Below are positions 9,059 through 18,902 of a stretch of DNA of 37,208 nt, in pieces. Numbering within the stretch: position 1 is the first letter of the stretch; each line of letters opens with the position of its first letter. The notes under the pieces are model-generated. The model did no database searches. It saw only the letters and a program-made list of their open reading frames with translations, and was not told the DNA's origin. The stretch is from Candidatus Ryanbacteria bacterium (lineage in GTDB: Bacteria > Patescibacteriota > Minisyncoccia > Ryanbacterales > GWA2-47-10b), in the NCBI GenBank assembly GCA_943354465.1, contig CALRCC010000001.1, forward strand, positions 1 to 37,208, given 5' to 3'. A program made the position numbers and the translations under genes.

Positions 9059-9432
9059 AATATACTCCTCGCATCTATGCAAAAGCGCTCACAGAATCTT
9101 TTATTGGTGCACCATCATCGGCGCATGAAAGTATAATAAAGTTTTTTATTGATGCAGTGCGTCGAAGAGGAGATGCGCGACGGATGCCAGAGATTATAGA
9201 GGCAGTACGCGAAATTGAGCGTAAAAAAAATGGAGGTAAGTTTATAGAAGTTACATTTGCCCGTCACCACAAAAAGCAAACGCTTGACGCGTTTCGCACG
9301 CTTTTTACAAAACACGACGATGTCGTATTTCGTACTGAGCCAGAGCTTACGGCTGGCGTGCGCATTACTGTAGATGGTGAGCGCGAGTTTGATAATTCAG
9401 CTTCTAGGCGCATCAAAAAACTTTTTCGTTAA
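9055..9432 (+). CDS. atpH: F0F1 ATP synthase subunit delta (short, 125 aa)
   Basis: Operon position between b and alpha, with an ATGA overlap. C-terminal pattern TEPELTAGVRITVDGEREFDNSASRRIKKL matches the OSCP/delta C-terminus. Confidence 0.75.
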   Translation: MKYTPRIYAKALTESFIGAPSSAHESIIKFFIDAVRRRGDARRMPEIIEAVREIERKKNGGKFIEVTFARHHKKQTLDAFRTLFTKHDDVVFRTEPELTAGVRITVDGEREFDNSASRRIKKLFR

Positions 9433-9442
9433 ATAATAACTT

Positions 9443-10969
9443 ATGCAATACGACCTTGTTGAAAAATTAAAAAAAGAAATCTCTGGCTTTCGTGATGAGC
9501 CAGAGCTTGAAGCTGTTGGCTTGGTGGTTGAGGCTGGCGACGGAATCGTAAAGATATCAGGCCTTTATAATGCTCAGTCGCAGGAGCTTTTGGTAGTTGA
9601 GACAGAAGATGGTGATATTTTTGCTGTAGCGTTTAACCTTGAAGAGCATTTTATTGGCGCCGTTCTTTTGGGTGAGGCGACTCCAGTACGCGTAGGTGCG
9701 CGTGTTCGTGGTACTGGCGCCGTTCTTTCGATACCCGTTGGTATAGAGATGATTGGTCGCGCCGTAAGCCCATTGGGTACAGCCGTTGATGGCAAAGGAT
9801 CTGTTTTCAAAGATATTGATGGCGCAGAAACAGCTCCGCTTGAACGCAAGGCTCCTTCAGTCGTGGCTCGTGAATCAGTCAATGTTCCATTGCATACTGG
9901 TATAAAGGCGATTGACGCGATGATCCCGATTGGTAGAGGGCAGCGCGAACTTATAATCGGAGATCGTCAGACGGGCAAAACCGCAATCGCCATCGATACT
10001 ATTTTAAATCAGAAAAATGAGACCAATCGCCCAATCTGTATTTATGTTGCCATTGGGCAAAAAAGCGCGAAGATCGCTCGCATCATTCGCGTATTAGAGG
10101 AAGCTGATGCTCTCAAATATACAATCGTAGTCTCGGCACCCGCATCAGCGCCAGCGGCACTCCAATATCTCGCACCATTTGCCGGATGTGCCATAGGCGA
10201 ATATTTTATGGATCAAGGAAAGGACGTATTGGTTGTGTATGATGACTTATCAAAACATGCCGACGCGTATCGCGAACTCTCGCTCTTGCTGCGCCGTCCA
10301 CCAGGACGCGAAGCGTATCCGGGTGATATTTTCTTTTTGCATTCGCGCTTGCTTGAGCGTGCGGCACGCCTATCACGAGAGTTTGGAGGAGGATCTCTTA
10401 CGGCTCTTCCTATTATTGAAACCAAGCTTGGCGACATCTCCGCGTATGTACCAACCAATGTCATCTCGATTACTGACGGGCAGATTTATCTTGAGTCGGA
10501 TCTTTTTACCAAAGGTTTGCGTCCAGCTATCAATGTCGGTCTTTCTGTATCACGAGTTGGATCTGCCGCACAGACTAAAGCAATTAAAAAAGTAGCAGGC
10601 CGCCTGCGTCTTGAGCTCGCACAATTTCGCGAGTTAGAGGCATTTGTGCAGTTTGCATCTGATCTTGATGATGTCACCAAATCAAAAATTCACCGCGGGC
10701 AGATTTTGACCGAAGTGCTCAAACAATCTGATTTGCAGCCACTCGCGTTTGAGCGCGAGGCAGTTATTCTTTTTGCGGCACTTGGTGGATATATTGATGA
10801 GATTCCTCGCGCTCGTATTAAAGAATTTGAGGCCGGGTTATTTGAATACATTAAATCAATGCACGATGATATTTTTACGAAAATTGCATCATCCCGCATG
10901 ATTGATGATGAGCTTGATATAGCGTTAACTGGCGCGATAAGGTCATTTATACAGATATTCGCAAAATAA
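9443..10969 (+). CDS. atpA: F0F1 ATP synthase subunit alpha
   Basis: Walker A GDRQTGKTAIA, plus DDLSKHADAYRELSLLLRRPPGREAYPGDIFFLHSRLLERAA. Confidence 0.97.
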   Translation: MQYDLVEKLKKEISGFRDEPELEAVGLVVEAGDGIVKISGLYNAQSQELLVVETEDGDIFAVAFNLEEHFIGAVLLGEATPVRVGARVRGTGAVLSIPVGIEMIGRAVSPLGTAVDGKGSVFKDIDGAETAPLERKAPSVVARESVNVPLHTGIKAIDAMIPIGRGQRELIIGDRQTGKTAIAIDTILNQKNETNRPICIYVAIGQKSAKIARIIRVLEEADALKYTIVVSAPASAPAALQYLAPFAGCAIGEYFMDQGKDVLVVYDDLSKHADAYRELSLLLRRPPGREAYPGDIFFLHSRLLERAARLSREFGGGSLTALPIIETKLGDISAYVPTNVISITDGQIYLESDLFTKGLRPAINVGLSVSRVGSAAQTKAIKKVAGRLRLELAQFRELEAFVQFASDLDDVTKSKIHRGQILTEVLKQSDLQPLAFEREAVILFAALGGYIDEIPRARIKEFEAGLFEYIKSMHDDIFTKIASSRMIDDELDIALTGAIRSFIQIFAK

Positions 10970-10970
10970 T

Positions 10971-13506
<2,536 letters not shown>

Positions 13507-13515
13507 TTTTTTTAT

Positions 13516-13923
13516 ATGAATAAAATTATATCTCACGCAAGCAATAAAGATCATTATAAAGCCGACGCATGTATCACCTGGTGTTTTGATAATAGGTTTT
13601 CTAGTGCGCTTGAAGCGTTCACTAGACAGCGTGGGTATGCGCAAGTGGATCTTATAAAAGTTGCCGGCGGCGCCAAAGGGCTTGCTGACGGTGGAGGCGA
13701 CTCTCTGTATCTTTTGGATCAAATTGCAAAATCAATAAAGCTACATCATACGCCACGCGTAGTAGTGATGGCTCATAGCGAGTGTGGCGCATATGGCGGA
13801 TCAGTCGATCCAGCGTTTTACGAGTGTGAGCTAAAAAAAGCAGCGGGTGCCGTAAGCGCTTTATTCCCAAGTATAGAGGTTGAGGCGGTGTTTGCTGATT
13901 TTGACGGCATCAAGCTTGTATAG
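13516..13923 (+). CDS. small protein with beta-carbonic-anhydrase-like zinc motifs (CxDxR ... HxxC), last gene of the atp operon
   Basis: 135 aa starting 9 nt after atpC with no intervening terminator. Motifs WCFDNR (CxDxR), LIKVAGGA (compare the beta-CA VxRxAGN) and VVVMAHSECGAYGG (HxxCG). The family assignment rests on motifs only. Confidence 0.6.
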   Translation: MNKIISHASNKDHYKADACITWCFDNRFSSALEAFTRQRGYAQVDLIKVAGGAKGLADGGGDSLYLLDQIAKSIKLHHTPRVVVMAHSECGAYGGSVDPAFYECELKKAAGAVSALFPSIEVEAVFADFDGIKLV

Positions 13924-13946
13924 ATTTTTCAAATTATAAAAAAATA

Positions 13947-13970
13947 AGCCGACACTTTTATGTGTCGGCT
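13947..13970. terminator. bidirectional rho-independent terminator
   Basis: AGCCGACAC (13947-13955) / GTGTCGGCT (13962-13970) with loop TTTTAT. A-run upstream and T-rich downstream. Lies between convergent stops at 13923 and 13976. Confidence 0.75.
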
Positions 13971-13975
13971 ATTTA

Positions 13976-14794
13976 TTATTCTGCTTGTGTTAGGAAATCA
14001 ACGATTGCATCAGCTATATCTGGATTGCGCGTTGGATCAAGTCGCGTCGCATTGACAGCGGTGAGCTGTTTTGTGCTCGTATGGTATGTGCGAAGTCGCC
14101 GTCTCCACCACCACCCTTTGCGTTTACCGTAGTCTACTTGGCACATGCAGATTATCTTGAGTCTCGGAATAGAGACCACACCAGAAAAATCTCCATTTGT
14201 GGCAAGTCGTACGGCCTCTGACGCGCGTACCTTATCGTATTCCGATATGATGCGGTCACGCGCGTGTACTATACTATGAAATTGTTCTTCCACTGTAAAG
14301 TTATGCTTTGTGAGCTTTCCGCAAGCACAATGGTCGAGTAGTATGATCTGGTGTATGTTTTTGAGTTCGATTGCCGCCATGATTTCTGCGAGCAAATCTT
14401 TGTCAGTGGCGCGACCTGGTAGATTGGTGCGAGAATTTTTTACAAGTCTATGCGCTCCTGCGTGCCAGCTCATTACATGCATTCGCGGGTAGATATGCAA
14501 GAATGCCCATACGAAAAGAAGTGTCGTTCGTTTGATCCAGCTTGCGATGCGTGTAGTCCATCGATGATTTGTAGAAAACATCCCAGCTATAGATAGAAGT
14601 CCTCCCAAAAATCTATCACCATCAGAACACATAATTACAATGACGCCTTTTTCTAGCTCTATCTCATCATGCACGACATCATCGAGTACGCGTACATCAG
14701 GATGTCTGAAAAATCGTATCATTTTGTATGCCGCATCTGGCAGACGCACGCAGTTTTGTGGCGGAATTATTCTAGCAATCTTTAAGCCGTTCAC
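13976..14794 (-). CDS. hypothetical Cys/His-rich protein, distant paralogue of the 135-aa beta-CA-like protein
   Basis: GTG 14794 lies 6 nt after AGGAGG (14801-14806, minus strand); the alternative TTG 14836 has a weaker GAGAGG. Motifs IMCSDGDRF, WHAGAHRL and IILLDHCACGK align with WCFDNRF, VAGGAKGL and VVVMAHSECGA of the neighbouring gene. Confidence 0.7.
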   Translation of the reverse strand: MNGLKIARIIPPQNCVRLPDAAYKMIRFFRHPDVRVLDDVVHDEIELEKGVIVIMCSDGDRFLGGLLSIAGMFSTNHRWTTRIASWIKRTTLLFVWAFLHIYPRMHVMSWHAGAHRLVKNSRTNLPGRATDKDLLAEIMAAIELKNIHQIILLDHCACGKLTKHNFTVEEQFHSIVHARDRIISEYDKVRASEAVRLATNGDFSGVVSIPRLKIICMCQVDYGKRKGWWWRRRLRTYHTSTKQLTAVNATRLDPTRNPDIADAIVDFLTQAE

Positions 14795-14867
14795 ATTACT
14801 CCTCCTATTTTCCTCAATTGTAAGGTTCAAACACAAAAGGAACCTCTCGGCTCCTCCTCTGTAGTTC

Positions 14868-14896
14868 AGTAAACTACAGTATTAGACTATTGTCAA
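14868..14896 (-). promoter_or_regulatory. candidate sigma70-type promoter for the 272-aa gene
   Basis: On the minus strand: TTGACA (14896-14891), a 17-nt spacer, then TTTACT (14873-14868). It overlaps the hairpin CTGTAGTT/AACTACAG (14859-14879) downstream of cdaA. Confidence 0.35.
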
Positions 14897-14910
14897 TCTC
14901 GTGTTAGGCG

Positions 14911-15879
14911 TTATGGAGCTATTGTTTTGGTAGTGTCGCGGTAGTCAGTTTGTATTAAATCCACGCGTGTTTTTCCTGTTTGATACACCAAAGAAAACCA
15001 TAGAATTGATGAAATCGCCAGCGCTCCAATTTTCTCGCTCGTATTGTGTCTAATGATGTTGTGCAATACGGACGATGTTTGCGTTGGAAATTTGGCTTTG
15101 AAAAAATCGCGCACTGTGTCTTCTACTTTGCCTATATCGTCAAATGTTTTTAGTGTACCGTTTTGTGCGATTGATATTTGTCCGCGTTCTTCCGACACGA
15201 TGAGTGCGAGCGCGTCAGACCGCTCAGATATGCCTAGCCCTGCCGCGTGTCGCGTGCCAAATTTGCCTATTTGTTCAAAGTCGTTAGATAGTGGCAGATG
15301 CGCGCCTAGCATAGCGATGCGACTATGTTTGATGATGACTGCGCCGTCATGTCCTGGCGATGTTGGATCAAATATACTTTCCAAAAGCTCTTGCGATATA
15401 ATGCCGTCTACAACATTGCCACCTTCAATATGGCGGTCTATGTTTTCATAGCCAGAGATGATGATAAGTGCACCAATTTTACGATATGCGAGATTCGTCG
15501 CCGCTTGTAAGATATTGTTGATTAATGGCGCAATCCCCGTAGTCTCATCATGTTGTTCGCGCCGTGTACCCAAAAGCGCCAAAAATTCAAAAAATCTTCG
15601 TAGCTCATCTTGAAAGATCACTACCAAAACTACTATGAACGCTCCGAAAAACGCGCGCAGGATGAGGGATGTTAGGTATAGATTAAATACTTGTGAGACG
15701 GCATATATGGCTATCATGATTGCAATACCAGCGAACACTGAATTTGATCGCGTGCGTTTAAAAAGTATTAGCCCTGCGTATATTATTATGGCGACAATGA
15801 GCACATCAAAAATATCAGCAAAATATAGCTCATGTATAATATTTGAGACAGGTAAGATAGTAGATAGCATGTTTGACAT
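14911..15879 (-). CDS. cdaA: diadenylate cyclase CdaA (c-di-AMP synthase) with extra C-terminal TM segment
   Basis: Three N-terminal TM helices and a DAC domain with HDGAVII and GTRHAAGLGISERSDALALIVSEERGQISIA. About 45 extra C-terminal residues include a hydrophobic helix, KIGALAISSILWFSLVY. Confidence 0.9.
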   Translation of the reverse strand: MSNMLSTILPVSNIIHELYFADIFDVLIVAIIIYAGLILFKRTRSNSVFAGIAIMIAIYAVSQVFNLYLTSLILRAFFGAFIVVLVVIFQDELRRFFEFLALLGTRREQHDETTGIAPLINNILQAATNLAYRKIGALIIISGYENIDRHIEGGNVVDGIISQELLESIFDPTSPGHDGAVIIKHSRIAMLGAHLPLSNDFEQIGKFGTRHAAGLGISERSDALALIVSEERGQISIAQNGTLKTFDDIGKVEDTVRDFFKAKFPTQTSSVLHNIIRHNTSEKIGALAISSILWFSLVYQTGKTRVDLIQTDYRDTTKTIAP

Positions 15880-15932
15880 GTGGCAACTCTATCATATTGA
15901 AAAAAGGTCTTCCACCTGCTAGGGTTATTGCG

Positions 15933-17321
15933 ATGAAACCAATCATTTTTAGCTTTGCTGAACGACTGCCAAATGGCAAGGATATTGCCCGTGTGGTGCT
16001 CGTCGAGTCAAAAGATACCGAGGTCACACGCACCAAAACAGGAGGGCGCGAGATTCGTATTGGCATAGACTCTTTTAAAAAAATGACGCGTCGCAAATTG
16101 CAGACGCTTTTTCGGCGCGTGGCTACAATCGCCAAACAAAATCATATTAAATTTTTAGTTATTGATATAAATGATTTTACATTCGCTGGGCTTGCACTTA
16201 CTGCTCGAGATATTGGTGAAATAGCATCTATAAATATGCAGTTGGCAAATTTTGAATTTATTCGCTACAAGACAAAACCGAAAGAAGGATGGGGCGGTGT
16301 AGAGAAAATAGTTATCATCGGCGCTGCAAATAAAGATATGCGAGACGGTTTTCGTAGAGGGTTGATTATCGCTGGCGAGATAAATAAAATGCGTGAGCTT
16401 ATCAACACTCCTGGCGGAGATATGACGCCAGCTATTCTAGCAAAATCTGCGATGGACGCTGTAGAAAATACAGATATCAACGTGCAGGTGTTGGGAATGA
16501 TCGAGATGGAGCTTTTGGGTATGGGCGGCATTATCGGTGTCGGCAAAGGGTCAGACGCCGAGCCAAAGTTTATTGTGATGGAATATATGGCAGGCGAGCC
16601 AGGACAAAAGCCGATTGTACTTGTCGGCAAGGGGATAACCTTTGACACTGGTGGGCTAAACATCAAACCCGGCATGTCTATGGAAGAGATGCATATGGAC
16701 ATGTCTGGCGGTGCGGCTGTTATTCATGCTCTTGTGGCTGCTGCGAAATTGGGTGTGAAGCGCAATATCGTAGCGCTTGTACCTGCCGCTGAAAATATGC
16801 CATCAGGTAGGAGCTATCGCATGGGTGATATATTGCGTACGATGAATGGCAAAACAATTGAAATAAATCACACAGATGCCGAGGGCAGAGTGGTTTTAGC
16901 AGACGCGCTTGAATATTCAAAACGCTACAAGCCAGAAGTAGTCATTGATGTAGCGACACTCACTGGCGCAGCCCAAGTAGCGCTAGGGCAAAAGGCGTCA
17001 GTATTTTTTGCGACAGACGAGGCGCTTGAGAAAAAAATGCGTGAGCTTGGCGAAAAGTCAGGCGATTATGTTTGGCAACTCCCGTTGTGGGAAGAATACG
17101 AGAGCATGGTTAAGGGTGTCTTTGCTGACGTTACAAATTCAGGCAAGAGTCGTTGGGGCGGAGCGATAGAAGGAGCAATGTTTTTATGGCAATTTATCAA
17201 AGGAACTCCGTGGGTACATATTGATATGGCGCCACGCATGAGCTCGACTGACGGAGATTTTTTGGCAAAGGGATCTACTGGCGAACCAATGCGTCTGCTC
17301 GTCGCCTTTTTGGAATCATAA
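15933..17321 (+). CDS. pepA: leucyl aminopeptidase (M17 family)
   Basis: VGKGITFDTGGLNIKP, MDMSGGAAV and NHTDAEGRVVLADAL. ATG 15933 chosen because the track's upstream start overlaps cdaA. Confidence 0.92.
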   Translation: MKPIIFSFAERLPNGKDIARVVLVESKDTEVTRTKTGGREIRIGIDSFKKMTRRKLQTLFRRVATIAKQNHIKFLVIDINDFTFAGLALTARDIGEIASINMQLANFEFIRYKTKPKEGWGGVEKIVIIGAANKDMRDGFRRGLIIAGEINKMRELINTPGGDMTPAILAKSAMDAVENTDINVQVLGMIEMELLGMGGIIGVGKGSDAEPKFIVMEYMAGEPGQKPIVLVGKGITFDTGGLNIKPGMSMEEMHMDMSGGAAVIHALVAAAKLGVKRNIVALVPAAENMPSGRSYRMGDILRTMNGKTIEINHTDAEGRVVLADALEYSKRYKPEVVIDVATLTGAAQVALGQKASVFFATDEALEKKMRELGEKSGDYVWQLPLWEEYESMVKGVFADVTNSGKSRWGGAIEGAMFLWQFIKGTPWVHIDMAPRMSSTDGDFLAKGSTGEPMRLLVAFLES

Positions 17322-17352
17322 TAAGTTTATTCTTATCTAATCAAAATAAAAA

Positions 17353-17378
17353 ACCCTAGGCAGTTTAGTGCCTAGGGG
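17353..17378. terminator. hairpin terminator after pepA, overlapping the 3' end of the small minus-strand ORF
   Basis: CCCTAGGCA (17354-17362) / TGCCTAGGG (17369-17377), with AAAAAA upstream and TTCTTCGTTCTTTTC downstream. Confidence 0.6.
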
Positions 17379-17520
17379 TTCTTCGTTCTTTTCTTACGCG
17401 CCTTACGAGCCGTCTGATGTAGATATCGTAGGCTATATCTTGGCCGCGCTGTCCGATAATTACTGCGATAAACATAGTAAGGGCGACGGCCCCAAGACCA
17501 ACAAGTATCTCAAAGATCAC
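17365..17520 (-). CDS. unannotated 51-aa single-TM peptide with highly basic tail
   Basis: Below the ORF-track cutoff. Minus strand reads AAGGAG, then 5 nt, then GTG (17520). Translation: MIFEILVGLGAVALTMFIAVIIGQRGQDIAYDIYIRRLVRRVRKERRTPRH, stop TAA 17367-17365. It replaces the unconvincing plus-strand ORF 17368..17565. Confidence 0.4.
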   Translation of the reverse strand: MIFEILVGLGAVALTMFIAVIIGQRGQDIAYDIYIRRLVRRVRKERRTPRH

Positions 17521-17619
17521 TCATTCTCCTTTATTAGCTTAAAGCTATTCAGATTAAGAATCTGAAAATATAGTATAGAGTTTTTATATAGTTGTCCACA
17601 GCTTTTCGTGTGGCAACTA

Positions 17620-17649
17620 TTGCTAGGTGAACGCTCGTTCACCTATGAT
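17620..17649 (+). promoter_or_regulatory. candidate lexA promoter (TTGCTA-18 nt-TATGAT)
   Basis: -35 TTGCTA at 17620-17625 and -10 TATGAT at 17644-17649. The ATG at 17656 lies 6 nt after the -10 and has no Shine-Dalgarno, implying a leaderless or near-leaderless mRNA. Confidence 0.45.
17628..17641. promoter_or_regulatory. LexA operator (Cheo/SOS box, GAAC-N4-GTTC)
   Basis: TGAACGCTCGTTCA inside the larger palindrome GGTGAACGCTCGTTCACC. It sits in the -35/-10 spacer directly upstream of lexA. Confidence 0.7.
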
Positions 17650-17655
17650 AATTAC

Positions 17656-18225
17656 ATGAGTATTGAGCACTATCAATCAAAAATAATTAGTTTTTATGAG
17701 AAGAATAGACGAATGCCAAGCTATGGCGAGATCGCCGTATTACTTGGTTTCAAATCTAAAAATGCAGTTTCCAAAGTAGTAGATAAGTTGATCGAGATAG
17801 GTGCTCTTGATAAAGACTCGCAAGGACGGCTAGTGCCAACAAGCGTTTTTGGTGAAGTGAGAATGCTCGGTGTAGTAGAGGCTGGTATCCCGACACTTGC
17901 CGAAGAGGCGGCAGAGATGATTAGCATTGATCAGTTTTTAATAAAAAATAGGGATCATACTTACGTTCTTACTGTAAAGGGTGATTCAATGATTGACGCA
18001 GGTATCCGCGATGGTGATTTGGTGGTAGCAGAGCATGGCAGAACTGCAAAAGAGGGTGACATCGTGATAGCAGAAGTAGACGGAGGGTGGACTATGAAAT
18101 ATTTGCGCAATAAAAATGGCACTACTTATCTTGAGCCAGCCAACAAAAGCTACAGACCAATATTCGCCGAAGAATCGCTAAATATAGGTGCAGTCGTTAC
18201 TGGGATTATTAGAAAATATCGTTAA
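17656..18225 (+). CDS. lexA: LexA repressor (S24 peptidase)
   Basis: N-terminal winged HTH (PSYGEIAVLLGFKSKNAVSKVVDKL), Ala-Gly cleavage site VEAGIP, catalytic Ser in VKGDSMIDAGI, and Lys in GGWTMKYL. The ATG is downstream of the SOS box. Confidence 0.9.
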   Translation: MSIEHYQSKIISFYEKNRRMPSYGEIAVLLGFKSKNAVSKVVDKLIEIGALDKDSQGRLVPTSVFGEVRMLGVVEAGIPTLAEEAAEMISIDQFLIKNRDHTYVLTVKGDSMIDAGIRDGDLVVAEHGRTAKEGDIVIAEVDGGWTMKYLRNKNGTTYLEPANKSYRPIFAEESLNIGAVVTGIIRKYR

Positions 18226-18231
18226 TAGTAT

Positions 18232-18420
18232 ATGAGCAAAATACAGCTTCACAAAAGTATCGTTCACGAGATCGGCAGAGTCAATGACCGCATCGATATC
18301 AAGATTTTGCGTGGCAAGTCATACCAGAGAGAGGCAGAGCGTCACCGTATGTTGGTTGTACAATTGGGGCGTCTTGAGCGCGGAGGTATTCGTTCAGGTT
18401 GGTTTTCCTCTCTTTTTTAG
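18232..18420 (+). CDS. hypothetical 62-aa protein co-transcribed with lexA
   Basis: Starts 6 nt after the lexA stop. No recognisable family. Charged and helical (REAERHRMLVVQLGRLERGG). Confidence 0.5.
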   Translation: MSKIQLHKSIVHEIGRVNDRIDIKILRGKSYQREAERHRMLVVQLGRLERGGIRSGWFSSLF

Positions 18421-18434
18421 GTATACTGAAAGAC

Positions 18435-18902
18435 ATGGCACAATTAAAAGAGGGAACAAAAGCCCCAGCATTTTCACTGCTTGATCAATCAGGCATAAAA
18501 CATTCGCTCAAAGATTATGTAGGCAAGTGGCTATTAATTTATTTTTATCCAAAAGACAGTACTCCAGGATGTACTATTGAGGCGTGTGCTATTCGCGATA
18601 GTTTTGATAATTTTAAAAAATCAAAAATAACCGTATTGGGAGTTTCTATTGACTCTATTGCTTCGCATGAAAAATTCGCCAAAAAATTTAAGTTGCCATT
18701 TCCACTTTTGGCTGATACTGATAAAAAAATGGTAGAAGCATATGGAGTGTGGGGTGAGAAGAAATTTATGGGCCGTAAATATATGGGCATATCTCGTATG
18801 TCGTTTTTGATAAATCCAAAAGGCAAGATAGCTAAAATATATAGCGAGGTCAAGCCAAAAGACCATGCAGGGCAAGTGCTCTCTGATCATAAATCAATAT
18901 AA
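18435..18902 (+). CDS. bcp: thioredoxin-dependent peroxiredoxin Bcp
   Basis: YFYPKDSTPGCTIEAC (peroxidatic Cys, with the resolving Cys 5 residues later) and GVSIDSIASHEKFAKKFKLPFPLLAD. Confidence 0.9.
   Translation: MAQLKEGTKAPAFSLLDQSGIKHSLKDYVGKWLLIYFYPKDSTPGCTIEACAIRDSFDNFKKSKITVLGVSIDSIASHEKFAKKFKLPFPLLADTDKKMVEAYGVWGEKKFMGRKYMGISRMSFLINPKGKIAKIYSEVKPKDHAGQVLSDHKSI

Noticed and set aside
15879-15888. The shared 10-mer TGTGGCAACT upstream of pepA (15879-15888) and upstream of lexA (17609-17618) as a common operator.
   Set aside because: Hundreds of chance 10-mer pair matches are expected in a 37-kb window. The flanks do not match and there is no dyad symmetry at the first site.
17368-17565. 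Plus-strand 65-aa ORF downstream of pepA.
   Set aside because: It starts inside the pepA terminator hairpin and has no RBS. The opposite strand offers a better model: AAGGAG, 5 nt, GTG, and a clean TM-plus-basic-tail peptide.
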